From Candidatus Eiseniibacteriota bacterium (GTDB lineage: Bacteria > Eisenbacteria > RBG-16-71-46): 64,000 nucleotides of DNA. Position numbers and translations under genes: made by a program. Each line of letters opens with the position of its first letter. Position 1 is the first letter of the stretch. This document shows, one piece after another, positions 47,699-57,237 of this stretch. The notes beneath the pieces were generated by a model that was given only the letters and a program-made list of their open reading frames with translations, was not told the DNA's origin and did not search any database. Location: assembly GCA_963717935.1 (NCBI GenBank), contig CAVQXP010000004.1, positions 1,024,001 through 1,088,000 of the forward strand, read 5' to 3'.

Positions 47699-48766
47699 AT
47701 GATCCTTCGATTCGCACTGATCGCATTGCTCGTCTCGAGCGCCGGGGCCCATGCCGGCGAGGGAGACGTTCCCAGCGTTCCCAGGGCGTCGCGGGCCCCG
47801 TCCGTCCGTCCGGTGCCTCCGGTCCGGCTCCACGTCCATGAAGCGGGGGAGGAGGACGAACCGGGGAGCACCGACACCACGCTGTCCGTGCCCGTGCGGT
47901 CCCGTCTCACGCTGGAGAATTTCAGCGGTGACATCGTGGTCTCCGGCTGGGACCGGAACACGATGCGCATCCAGGCCGAGCACAAGCCCCGCACCCGGAT
48001 CAAGGTGGACGTTCGTCCGGCCACGGTCGTCGTGCGTTCGGTCACGCGCCTGCGCTTGCCCGACCTCGGCGGTCCCCGCCACGTGCGGGTCGAGGAGCTC
48101 AAGGAACTCGAGATCCCCGCCGAAGTGGACTACCGGCTGACGGTGCCGCGCTGGATGAGTCTCGGGCTCTCCGGGGTCAACTCGTCGATCTCCGTCGAGG
48201 GGGTGGAGGGTGATGTGACCGCCGAGGTCATCAACGGGTCGGTGGTGGTCCGGGGCGGACGCGGGAGCATCCGGGTGAGTTCCATGAATGGTGGGGTGGA
48301 TGCCATCGGCGCGCGCGGGTCGGTCGAGGCCTCGTCGGTGAGCGGAGGCGTCACCCTGCGGAACGTGGAAGGCCGCGTGCGGGCCGAATCCGTCAACGGA
48401 GACGTGGAGTTGCTCGGAATCGTCTCCGAAGCGGTCGAGGCCAGCACCGTGAGCGGAGACGTGCACTACGAGGGCGCCCTCCGTGCGGGCGGCTCCTACC
48501 GCTTCGAGAGCCACAGCGGCGACGTGACCGTGGCCCTGCCGGAGCGCCCGGACGTGACGGTCTCGGTGGACACCTACAGCGGGGAGTTCGCATCGAGCTT
48601 CCCGGTGCAGGTGAGCGGCTTGAAGCGCGGCAAGCAGTTCGATTTCACCCTGGGGGACGGCCGTGCCGAGCTGAGCATGGAGTCCTTCTCCGGCATGATC
48701 CGCCTGACGCGTGCGGGCGCTGCGGACGGGCGCGTCCGCGTGACCGGGACCCCGAAGGCCAAGTGA
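47699..48766 (+). CDS. DUF4097 beta-strand repeat exported protein
   Basis: Signal peptide; repeated SVNG/SVSG/TYSG beta-turn motifs. Confidence 0.85.
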   Translation: MILRFALIALLVSSAGAHAGEGDVPSVPRASRAPSVRPVPPVRLHVHEAGEEDEPGSTDTTLSVPVRSRLTLENFSGDIVVSGWDRNTMRIQAEHKPRTRIKVDVRPATVVVRSVTRLRLPDLGGPRHVRVEELKELEIPAEVDYRLTVPRWMSLGLSGVNSSISVEGVEGDVTAEVINGSVVVRGGRGSIRVSSMNGGVDAIGARGSVEASSVSGGVTLRNVEGRVRAESVNGDVELLGIVSEAVEASTVSGDVHYEGALRAGGSYRFESHSGDVTVALPERPDVTVSVDTYSGEFASSFPVQVSGLKRGKQFDFTLGDGRAELSMESFSGMIRLTRAGAADGRVRVTGTPKAK

Positions 48767-48785
48767 GGACGACAGGAGACCCATC

Positions 48786-49670
48786 ATGAAGACCCGGTGC
48801 TGCAGCCTCGTGATCCCCTCTCTTCGCAGGTCCTCCGGAGCGCTCGCGGTCGTGGCCGCAATGACGGTGGGGTTCGCCGTGGGCGACGCGCTGGCCGCAC
48901 CGCAGATGGTGGCGGCCACGATCGCGGGCCACTCCGGGCGCGGGAGCCTGGACTACGACTGGTCCTGGCGACTGGCGCCGGGCCAGACCCTCGAGATCGA
49001 GGGCGTGAACGGGGCGATCCGCGCGACCGGAGCCGCAGGGAAGGACGTCGTGGTGCACGCCGTGAAGCGCGCCCGGCGCAGCGACCCCGACCGGGTCGCG
49101 ATCGAGGTGATCGAGCACGCCGATGGCGTCACGCTGTGCGTGCGCTATCCCGACGCGCGGGGCAGCCGGGCCAACACCTGCGCGCCGCACGGCCGCAGTC
49201 ACATGAACACGCGCAACAACGACGTGATCGTGGACTTCGACGTGCAGGTCCCGCGGGGCGTGCGCCTTGCCGCGCGCACGGTGAACGGCGAGGTGGAGAT
49301 CCGCGGTCTCGATGCCGACGCCGAGGCGCACACCGTGAATGGCTCGGTGACGCTCGAGACGCGGGGCCGTGCCGAGGCGACGACGGTGAACGGCTCGGTC
49401 CGCGCCCGGCTGAGCTCGATGGGCGTGAAGGAGTCGCTGGCCTTCAAGACCGTGAACGGCAGCATCACGCTGGAGTTGCCGGATGACGCCAGCGCCGACG
49501 TCACGGCCAAGAACGTGAATGGCGGGATCGAGACCGATTTCCCGATCACGATCAGGCGGGCTGGCTTCATGGGCCACGAGTTGCGCGGCACGATCGGGCG
49601 GGGTGGACCGCCGCTCGACCTCTCCACGGTGAACGGCAGCATCCACCTCCGGAAGGCGCGCGGCATCTAG
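48786..49670 (+). CDS. DUF4097 beta-strand repeat exported protein
   Basis: AGGAG RBS, signal-like N-terminus, repeated TVNG motifs. Confidence 0.85.
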   Translation: MKTRCCSLVIPSLRRSSGALAVVAAMTVGFAVGDALAAPQMVAATIAGHSGRGSLDYDWSWRLAPGQTLEIEGVNGAIRATGAAGKDVVVHAVKRARRSDPDRVAIEVIEHADGVTLCVRYPDARGSRANTCAPHGRSHMNTRNNDVIVDFDVQVPRGVRLAARTVNGEVEIRGLDADAEAHTVNGSVTLETRGRAEATTVNGSVRARLSSMGVKESLAFKTVNGSITLELPDDASADVTAKNVNGGIETDFPITIRRAGFMGHELRGTIGRGGPPLDLSTVNGSIHLRKARGI

Positions 49671-49694
49671 TCGCGATCCCGTTCGCGCCGCCGC

Positions 49695-51176
49695 TCACTC
49701 GCCCCGGTAGCCGCCCTCCGCGATCTTCCACGCGGTCCGGTAGACGAGCCGCGTGAGCGCCTCGTGGAGCCGCGGGTTGAGCGTCCCCGGCGTGTCGCCC
49801 GGCTGGTGGAGATGGGTGTAGGAGAAGCGCGAGGCGAAGTAGAGGGTGGGGACCCCCTTCTCGGCGAAGGGCGTCGCGTCTGCGCCGCCGCCACCCCAGG
49901 TCTCCTCGACGGAGAGTCGCGCCCCGCGTGCGTCGAGGTCGCGCGCGAGCCGCCAGAGCTTCGGCGAGGTCTCGCCGCTCCCCAGCTGGATCGAGTCGCC
50001 GACGGCGATGCAGTCGAGGTTCAGGTAGGCGACGATCCTCCCGAGCGGCACGGGCGGACGCTCGACGAAGCGCCTCGCGCCCTGCAGCCCGGACTCCTCG
50101 GACGAGAGGAGCACGAAGACGATGGAGCGTCCGGGCCGCGCTCCGGCGCGCGCGAACGCCTGCGCGACCGCCATCACGGCCGCCACGCCCGAGGCGTTGT
50201 CGTTGGCCCCGGGGAAATAGATGTCGCCCTGGTTGCCGACGTGGTCGAGGTGCGCGCCGATCACGAGGCACTCGTCGCGAAGCGCGGGGTCGGAGCCTTC
50301 GAGGATGCCGGCCACGTTCACCGAGGGCTGTCTCGCGCGGTAGCGGGCCTTCACGTCCACGCGGACCTGGATGCCGAACTCGCGCGACTGCGGCTGCCGG
50401 GTCGAGTCGATCACGGCCTTCAGGTCCGCGAGCCGCAGTCCCGCGGCGGCCAGCATCTCCTGCGCGACGGGGACGTCCACCATCAGCCGCGGGAAGCTCT
50501 CATCCTGGGGCCCCGGACCCTCGAGCACGCTGCCGATGGGCATCGTCAGCCCCTCCGGGTCGGCCGACGCCACGAGGAGCAACCCCCGCGCGCCGTGCTC
50601 CGCCGCGACCCGTCCCCTGGGCCGCGGCATGATGCTGTCGCCCCAGCCGAGCGAGTCGATCTGGAAGGGCGGTGGCACCTTGAACGCGAGCACGACTTTG
50701 CCGCGCGCGTCGATCCCGGCGTAGTCGTCATAGCCCCGCTCGGGCGCCGAGATGCCGTAGCCCGCGAACGCGACCGGTGCGGTGAAGTCGCCCGAGCCCG
50801 TCAGGCCGCGGGCGACGAAGTCCGGGCCCAGCCTCAGGTCCCGCATCGATCCGTCGGGCCGCGCCAGCGCGAGCCGGCAGCGCCCGATCTCCTCGTATTC
50901 GACCTCGAGCGGCTGGAAATAGCCGTCGTCGCCCGCGGGTCTCAAGCCCAGCCGGCGGAAACGCCCGGCCATCTCGCGGGCCGCCGCCATGTAGCCCGGG
51001 CTCCCGGCCAGCCGGCCTGCGAGGCGCGGGGAGGCCAGGTACTCGACGGTCTTCACGAGGTCGGCCGCGCGGATGGTCTCGAGGCCGGGGAACTCCACCG
51101 CGACGGGCTCGGCCGGCCGCGCCACGGACGCGGTCAGCGCCATCGAACATGCGGCGGCGAGGAAGATGTGGCGCAT
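49695..51176 (-). CDS. M28-family secreted aminopeptidase with PA domain
   Basis: Signal peptide; LAGRLAGSPG, FAGYGI...DDYAGIDARGKVV, GAHLDH, GANDNASGVA, SEESGL, NLDC, HQPGD. Confidence 0.92.
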   Translation of the reverse strand: MRHIFLAAACSMALTASVARPAEPVAVEFPGLETIRAADLVKTVEYLASPRLAGRLAGSPGYMAAAREMAGRFRRLGLRPAGDDGYFQPLEVEYEEIGRCRLALARPDGSMRDLRLGPDFVARGLTGSGDFTAPVAFAGYGISAPERGYDDYAGIDARGKVVLAFKVPPPFQIDSLGWGDSIMPRPRGRVAAEHGARGLLLVASADPEGLTMPIGSVLEGPGPQDESFPRLMVDVPVAQEMLAAAGLRLADLKAVIDSTRQPQSREFGIQVRVDVKARYRARQPSVNVAGILEGSDPALRDECLVIGAHLDHVGNQGDIYFPGANDNASGVAAVMAVAQAFARAGARPGRSIVFVLLSSEESGLQGARRFVERPPVPLGRIVAYLNLDCIAVGDSIQLGSGETSPKLWRLARDLDARGARLSVEETWGGGGADATPFAEKGVPTLYFASRFSYTHLHQPGDTPGTLNPRLHEALTRLVYRTAWKIAEGGYRGE

Positions 51177-51470
51177 GCGGGACCTCCGGGCATTCACAGG
51201 CCGGCGACTCCCGGCCGAGGGACCCCATGCTACCATTCCTGAGGGAGAGACTCGGCCGGTGGTGTCCGGGCGCGGGCCTGGCCGAGGGGCGAGCGTGGGG
51301 ATGAGACGCCGCCCTTCGGCCGGGCTCGCGCCCCGCCGCAGAGCGTGCGGTCGCCCTCGCGCTGGCCCTTGTCGGCTCCTGCGTCGTAGGCTCGTCCTCC
51401 GCAGGGCCGGTCCGGAGGGATGCCAGGAACGCTTCGGTGGTCGCCGGACGGGCGAGAGGAGGGGTGAGGG

Positions 51471-53516
51471 ATGAATCCGCGAAGCCTCCGGTTCGGTCTC
51501 GTGCTGGTCGTGCTCGCTGCCGTGGCCCTGCGTCTCTGGCACGTTGCCGCCGACCTGCCTGATTTCCTCGAAGAGGCCATCCCCTTCCGGTTCGCCCTCG
51601 ACCTGTGGTCGTGGACGGGAGGCCCGACCGACTGGAACCCGCACTTCTTCAACTACCCGTCGCTCACCCTCTACCTGCATTTCCTCCTCCAGAAGTCGGG
51701 CTGGATCGTGGCCCATGCGGCCGGTCTCGCCCGCACGCCGGCCGACTGGTTCCTGAACTACCTCGCGGACCCGTCCGGCATGGTGATCCCGGCCCGGATC
51801 GCGCACGTGGCCTTCGACGCGCTGGCGGTGGGGCTCACCGGGCTCGTGGCCGAGCGCCTGCGCCGGGGAGCGGGCGTCCCGGCAGCGCTCCTGGCGGCGC
51901 TCTCGGTCACCCTTCTCACCACCGCGCGCTCGATCAGCACCGACACGGTGATGGGAGCGCTCGCCCTGGGGGCACTCGAGCGCATGCTGGCATGGCGCGA
52001 ACGCGGAGGCGCCCGGCGGCTCGTCACGGCGGTCGTGCTCATCGGCCTCGCGACGGGCGCCAAGTACCCGGCCGCGCTGGTCCTCGTCCCGCTCGCATGG
52101 GTCCTGTGGTCGCGCGACCGGGGCCGCGGTCTCGCGCTCTGGCCGTGGTGCGTGGCGGGGGCGCTCGGCGTCTTCCTGCTCACGACGCCCTACGCGCTCC
52201 TGGACTTCACGGCCTTCCGGCGCGACTTCGGTTTCGAGAGCCTGCACGTGGCGAGCGGGCACCTCGGCCAGGCCACGGGCATCGGGCTTCCGTTCCATGT
52301 CCGCAACCTGCTGCGCGACCTGGGTCCCGTGGGGTTGGCGCTCCTCGGGGCGTCGGCCGCCCTGATGGTTCCGAGGACCACGCGAGCGGTCGCTGTCGCC
52401 GTGTGGCTCTACCTGCTGGTCTTCCTCGGGCCGATTGCGAGCGCGCGCTTCGGGGCCGAGCGCTACCTGGTGCCCGTGGTCCCGGCGGCGGCGGCGCTGG
52501 CTGCGGCCGCCGCGCTCGAGTTGGTCGCGAGGCTTGCTCCGCGCTGGCGTGCCGCGGCCGCGGTCGTGCTGCTGGGTGGCCTGCTCGTCCCGGCGCTCGT
52601 CACGGGAACGCGAATGGCTGCGCGGGGGGGGCGCCTCACCCAGGTCGAGGCGCGGCGCTGGCTGGAGGCCAACCTCTCGCCTCGCGACCTGGTGGTGGAG
52701 GAGGCCTGGGGACCGGGACTCCCCGCAGTCAGCGCGCGGGTGGTGGTGGAGACGAGCCCGATCTTCCGCGCGGCGGGCCCCGAGGCGCGGCGCCGCTATC
52801 TGGAGCGGCCCTGGTTCCACGCTGTGCCGCTGCCGCTCTTCGTCGCCGGGCGCGTGTCGAGCCGCCTGCAGCCTCCGGGTGGGGACGCGGTGGACCTGGA
52901 GGTGTTCCCCGCCGCGGTGGATCTCAACGAGGTCGTCTACGACGGGCGTCTCTTCGGGGGCGTGGACGTCGTCGTGACGAGCAGTGCCGTGCGCGGGCGC
53001 TTCGCGGCCGACCCGGCCCGCTACGCGACTACCTGCGGTTTCTACCGCGTGCTCGACTCGACGGCGACCGTGCTGACGCGCATCGGACCAGACGATCAGC
53101 TCAGCGGGCCCGAGATCGTCGTCTACCGCCTCGGGCCCCGGGCGCACGCGGCGCTCGCGGCCTCGGGCCCGCTCGACCCGCTCTGGTGGGTGGCCGGCGT
53201 GCCGGCCGAGTACCGCCGGCGCGCGACCGGGGTGCTTGGGGCCCCGTGGGACGGCGGCGCGCCACGGTCCGCCCCTGGACAGCCCGCCCCCTGGGTGCGC
53301 AGCCTTGCCGGCGTCTACGACGAGCGGTTGCGCCCGTTCGTCGAGGACATGGTGGTGAACCTCGTGGACATCGGCCGGTTCGATGAGGCCCGGCCCCTTG
53401 CGGAGGCCACGCTCCTGCTGCTCCCGGACGACCCCGTGGCGGGGATGGCCTACGACTTCTGCCTCCGGCACCGGGGGCCCGCCGCCCGCGGGGCGCCGCC
53501 GGGATCCGGGCCGTGA
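51471..53516 (+). CDS. GT-C (ArnT/PMT-like) membrane glycosyltransferase, paralog of 24429..26651
   Basis: LPDFLEEAIPF, NPHFFNYPSL, GLATGAKY, ERYLVP, GPEIVVY. Confidence 0.85.
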   Translation: MNPRSLRFGLVLVVLAAVALRLWHVAADLPDFLEEAIPFRFALDLWSWTGGPTDWNPHFFNYPSLTLYLHFLLQKSGWIVAHAAGLARTPADWFLNYLADPSGMVIPARIAHVAFDALAVGLTGLVAERLRRGAGVPAALLAALSVTLLTTARSISTDTVMGALALGALERMLAWRERGGARRLVTAVVLIGLATGAKYPAALVLVPLAWVLWSRDRGRGLALWPWCVAGALGVFLLTTPYALLDFTAFRRDFGFESLHVASGHLGQATGIGLPFHVRNLLRDLGPVGLALLGASAALMVPRTTRAVAVAVWLYLLVFLGPIASARFGAERYLVPVVPAAAALAAAAALELVARLAPRWRAAAAVVLLGGLLVPALVTGTRMAARGGRLTQVEARRWLEANLSPRDLVVEEAWGPGLPAVSARVVVETSPIFRAAGPEARRRYLERPWFHAVPLPLFVAGRVSSRLQPPGGDAVDLEVFPAAVDLNEVVYDGRLFGGVDVVVTSSAVRGRFAADPARYATTCGFYRVLDSTATVLTRIGPDDQLSGPEIVVYRLGPRAHAALAASGPLDPLWWVAGVPAEYRRRATGVLGAPWDGGAPRSAPGQPAPWVRSLAGVYDERLRPFVEDMVVNLVDIGRFDEARPLAEATLLLLPDDPVAGMAYDFCLRHRGPAARGAPPGSGP

Positions 53517-53668
53517 AGCGCGCCGCCAGCGCCCCGGCGTGCCTGGCGAAGCGGCTGCGGGCGTGCCGCAAGTCCGGGACCGCGGTGGGGCGGACCTGGC
53601 CCTCATCCCCGGCCGCCGGCCGGCCGATAAACCCCTGGGGCGCCGGGAAGGGCGCTGAAGCATCGAGA

Positions 53669-53697
53669 TTGACGCTCCCCGACCCCCATGCTACGGT
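53669..53697 (+). promoter_or_regulatory. sigma70-type promoter
   Basis: TTGACG-17 nt-TACGGT with an extended TG. Confidence 0.7.
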
Positions 53698-53702
53698 CGA
53701 TT

Positions 53703-53901
53703 TGCCGCTGCGAGCAGGCCGGCGGGCCGCGAGGCCGCCGCTCCAGACTCGGAGCGAGCCAACCCACTGGACCACAAAAGGTTGACCAAGACCGACCTTA
53801 GTCGCCACGCGGTTCATCACGCTCTTGACCCGACCCGTCCCCGGGCCTTCTTGGTCAGGAGTTTTGTGTCTCTCCCGGCCGCGCATCCGGTGGCCGTGGC
53901 A
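53703..53901 (+). ncRNA. Structured RNA candidate (possibly 6S RNA, or a cis-regulatory leader)
   Basis: Begins right after the promoter; ends pair; internal long-range pairs GGCCGG/CCGGCC, CACAAAA/TTTTGTG and TGACCAAGA/TCTTGGTCA; about 200 nt. Confidence 0.45.
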
Positions 53902-53924
53902 CCCCCTACGGGGAGGCTCCTACC

Positions 53925-55010
53925 GTGATCGTCCGCAAGTTCCCCATCGAGCACCTCGACGCCATCACCCTGCTGGGGCAGAACGACGCCAACGTCAGGC
54001 ATATCGAGCGCGTCCTGCCGGTGCGCATCACGCTGCGCGACGGCACGATCACCGTCTCGGGCGAGGACGCGGCCGTGACCGCGGCCGCGAACACGCTGCA
54101 GCAGCTGGTCGGGCTGGCCGAGCGCGGCAAGGTGGTCGAGGAGGCCGACGTCGCCACGGCGCTGGGTCCCACCGGCAGGAACAGCGGCGGCGCCCGGCTC
54201 GCCGAGGCCTACGAAGGCGCGCCGGGCTACTCGTTCGACCGCCGCGCCGTGCGTCCGCGCTCGCCCACGCAGGCCGAGTACATGAAGGCGCTCGAGGAGT
54301 TCGACGTCGTCTTCGGCATCGGCCCCGCGGGCACGGGCAAGACCTACCTGGCGGTGGCGGCGGCCGTGAACGCGCTGCGCCGGAAGAACGTGGACCGCAT
54401 CGTGCTGGTACGGCCGGCGGTCGAGGCGGGGGAGAACCTCGGCTTCCTCCCCGGCGACATGCAGGAGAAGGTGGACCCCTACCTGCGCCCGATGTACGAC
54501 GCGCTCTCGGACATGATGTCGTACGACAAGATGCGCCGCTACATCGAGCTCGGCGTGATCGAGATCGCGCCGCTGGCGTTCATGCGCGGCCGCACGCTGC
54601 ACAACTCGTTCGTCATCCTCGACGAGGCGCAGAACACGACCGTGCGGCAGATGAAGATGTTCCTGACGCGTCTGGGCGTGAACTCGAAGGCGGTGGTGAC
54701 GGGCGACGTCACGCAGATCGACCTGAAGAGCCCGGAGGCCTCAGGCCTGGTGCGCATCCAGTCCATCCTCGGTGGCGTGCCGGGGATGAAGTTCGTCTAC
54801 TTCCATCCCGAGGACGTGGTGCGCCACCGGCTGGTGCGCGATATCCTGCAGGCCTTCGACCTGTACCATGCCCGGGTGAACGGCAAGGAGGAGGACGGCG
54901 TGGGCGAGACCCTCGAGCCTGGATCGGAGAACCCCGGACCGGCGGACGGCCCGTCACCGGTTCCCGCGACCGACGACCCCGCCGCGCCCGGGCGCGGTCC
55001 TTCGCGCTGA
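53925..55010 (+). CDS. phoH: PhoH-like ATPase (YbeZ family)
   Basis: GPAGTGKTYLA, RPAVEAGENLGFLPGD, LAFMRGRTL, ILDEAQN, DVVRH. Confidence 0.96.
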   Translation: MIVRKFPIEHLDAITLLGQNDANVRHIERVLPVRITLRDGTITVSGEDAAVTAAANTLQQLVGLAERGKVVEEADVATALGPTGRNSGGARLAEAYEGAPGYSFDRRAVRPRSPTQAEYMKALEEFDVVFGIGPAGTGKTYLAVAAAVNALRRKNVDRIVLVRPAVEAGENLGFLPGDMQEKVDPYLRPMYDALSDMMSYDKMRRYIELGVIEIAPLAFMRGRTLHNSFVILDEAQNTTVRQMKMFLTRLGVNSKAVVTGDVTQIDLKSPEASGLVRIQSILGGVPGMKFVYFHPEDVVRHRLVRDILQAFDLYHARVNGKEEDGVGETLEPGSENPGPADGPSPVPATDDPAAPGRGPSR

Positions 55011-55029
55011 GTCCCAATCAGCCGCCGCC

Positions 55030-57237
55030 ATGACCATCCAGGAACAGCCCGCCCTGCCCGCACTGCCCGACCGGGTCCGCCGCTTCCGCTGGGGTTACTT
55101 CGGCGTGCGCCTGCTGCTGGTCGTGACGCTGCTCGCGCTCGCCGCGCTCCTGCCCGGCGTGCGGCACGGCGGCGACCGCTTCCACTATCGCGAGGGCGAC
55201 ATCGCGCGCGAGCGCGTCGTGGCCCCGTACGATTTCCGCGTCGAGAAGGACGAAGCCACGCTGCGCCGCGAACAGGCGCAGGCCGCCGCGGCCGTGCCGC
55301 CCGTGTTCGTGGTGGACACGCGGGTCTCGACCGAGATGCTGGCACGTCTGGCGGCGTTTCAGGAGAAGGTGCTCGGCGTGGTGCTCTCGCCCGGCATCAA
55401 GCCCGCCGACCGCGCGAGCCGCGTGCGCTCGCTGGGCGTGCCGCTGAGCGAGGAGAGCGCCGTCGCGCTCTCCTCGCCCGGGCGCGCGCGCCGGGCCCTG
55501 CGCGAGCTGGGGGGCTGGCTCAACGACCTCTACCGCGCCGGCGTGGTGGCCGAGAAGCGCAACGGGACGGTGCAGGACGGCCTCTCGATCCAGCTGCGCG
55601 ACGGCGAGTCGGAGGCGCCGCACTCGGTGAGCCTGCTCTACGACCGGCGCGAGGGGCTGGCGCTCATCGATCACCGCGCCCGGAGCGCCTTCCCGGACGA
55701 CCCGCGCGGCGTGCGGCTCGTGACCGAGCTGGCCGGGCCGTTCCTGCAGGCCAACATCGTCCCCGACCGGGCGGAGACCGAGTGGCGCCGCGTGCAGGCG
55801 CAGGGGGCGGTGCCCGCGCTGCTGGGCTTCGTCAAGAAGGACGAGCTCATCGTGGACGCCAACCAGATGTTCACGCGCGAGGTGCTCAGCCGGCTGCGCT
55901 CGCTCGAGAACCTCGAGGCCGCGCGGCGGGAGCCGCGCGAGCTGCTCTACCCGCCGCTGGCGCGCGCGCTGCTGATGCTGCTCTTCATGGCCGCCTTCGT
56001 GACCTACCTGCGCATGGAGCTGCCGGCGGTCTACCGCGACAATGCCATGCTCGCGTTGTTCGCGCTGCTCACCGTGGTGGTGGTGGCCGCTGCCGAATCG
56101 ATGGTCGGCGTGTTTGGTCTCCCGGTGCTGGCCGTGCCGCTGGCGGCGGCGCCGCTCGTGACCGCCTCGGTGCTCGAGAAGCGCCCGGCCGTGGTGTTCA
56201 CGCTCATGCTGGCGGTGGTGGTGACCGCGGTGAGCGAGCTCAAGGCGCCGTTCGTGGCGATGGCGGTGATGGGCGGCGTGACCGCGGTCTATTCGGTGGT
56301 GCGGTTGCGTCACCGCTGGCACTTCGCGGTGGCCTCGTTCGCCATCGCCTTCGCGAACCTGTTCGCCATCCTGACCTGGGACCTGGGGCGGCAGCCCAAG
56401 CCCGAACTGCTGGCGCAGGACGCTCTCTGGGGCGTGGTCAACGCCCTGTTCTCGGTGGCGCTCGCGTTCCTGATGCTGCCGGTGGCCGAGCATCTGTTCG
56501 GGCTCACCTCGGACATCACGCTGCTCGAGTTGTCGGATCTGAACCGGCCGCTGCTGAAGCGGTTGCAGCTCGAGGCGCCCGGCACCTACCACCACAGCAT
56601 GGTGGTCGGCAGTCTGGCGGAGCGTGCGGCCGAGGCCATCGGCGCCAACTCGCTGCTGGCGCGCGTCTCGGCCTACTACCACGACATCGGCAAGCTGTCG
56701 AAGCCCGAGTACTTCAACGAGAACATCCCGCCCCACGTGCGCAACCCTCACGAGAAGCTCTCGCCCAACATGAGCATCCTGGTGGTGCGCTCGCATCTGA
56801 ACGAGGGCCTCGAGCTGGCCCGCCGCGAGCATCTGCCGCGCGCTGTGCGCGCCGCCGTCCCCGAGCACCACGGCACCATGACGATGGCCTATTTCTACGC
56901 CAAGGCGCTCGAGCTGGACCCGGGGGCGCGGCGCGAGGACTTCTCTTACCCTGGCCCCAAGCCGCGCTCGCGCGAGACCGCCATCCTGATGCTCGCCGAC
57001 GGCATCGAGGGCGCCTCGCGCGCTCTCTCGGAACCGACCCCGAGCCGCATCCGCGGCCTCGTGACGCGCAACATCGACGAACGCGTGCAGCAGGGGCAAC
57101 TCGACGAGTGCGGGCTGACGCTGCAGGAGCTGGCGAAGATCCGCGAGGCCTTCATCCCGGTGCTGACCGCCACCTTCCACGTGCGGGTCAAGTACCCGGA
57201 CCTCCCGCGCCCCGCCGATGCCCGTCTCCGTCGTTAG
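55030..57237 (+). CDS. 7TM-HD (HDIG) phosphohydrolase, PgpH-like cyclic-di-AMP phosphodiesterase
   Basis: Extracellular 7TM-HDED region, 7 TM, EAPGTYHHS, YYHDIGK, EHHGT, YPGPKP. Confidence 0.92.
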   Translation: MTIQEQPALPALPDRVRRFRWGYFGVRLLLVVTLLALAALLPGVRHGGDRFHYREGDIARERVVAPYDFRVEKDEATLRREQAQAAAAVPPVFVVDTRVSTEMLARLAAFQEKVLGVVLSPGIKPADRASRVRSLGVPLSEESAVALSSPGRARRALRELGGWLNDLYRAGVVAEKRNGTVQDGLSIQLRDGESEAPHSVSLLYDRREGLALIDHRARSAFPDDPRGVRLVTELAGPFLQANIVPDRAETEWRRVQAQGAVPALLGFVKKDELIVDANQMFTREVLSRLRSLENLEAARREPRELLYPPLARALLMLLFMAAFVTYLRMELPAVYRDNAMLALFALLTVVVVAAAESMVGVFGLPVLAVPLAAAPLVTASVLEKRPAVVFTLMLAVVVTAVSELKAPFVAMAVMGGVTAVYSVVRLRHRWHFAVASFAIAFANLFAILTWDLGRQPKPELLAQDALWGVVNALFSVALAFLMLPVAEHLFGLTSDITLLELSDLNRPLLKRLQLEAPGTYHHSMVVGSLAERAAEAIGANSLLARVSAYYHDIGKLSKPEYFNENIPPHVRNPHEKLSPNMSILVVRSHLNEGLELARREHLPRAVRAAVPEHHGTMTMAYFYAKALELDPGARREDFSYPGPKPRSRETAILMLADGIEGASRALSEPTPSRIRGLVTRNIDERVQQGQLDECGLTLQELAKIREAFIPVLTATFHVRVKYPDLPRPADARLRR

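Noticed and set aside
49695..53663. 1322-aa ORF suggesting a giant peptidase fusion
   Set aside because: The real M28 peptidase starts at 51176 with an RBS and signal peptide. The upstream part is the antisense shadow of the GT at 51471..53516.
53880..53910. T-box for the downstream glyQS genes (GTGGCACC)
   Set aside because: Only a partial match, no terminator/U-tract or clear specifier stem, and glyQ is more than 5 kb away.
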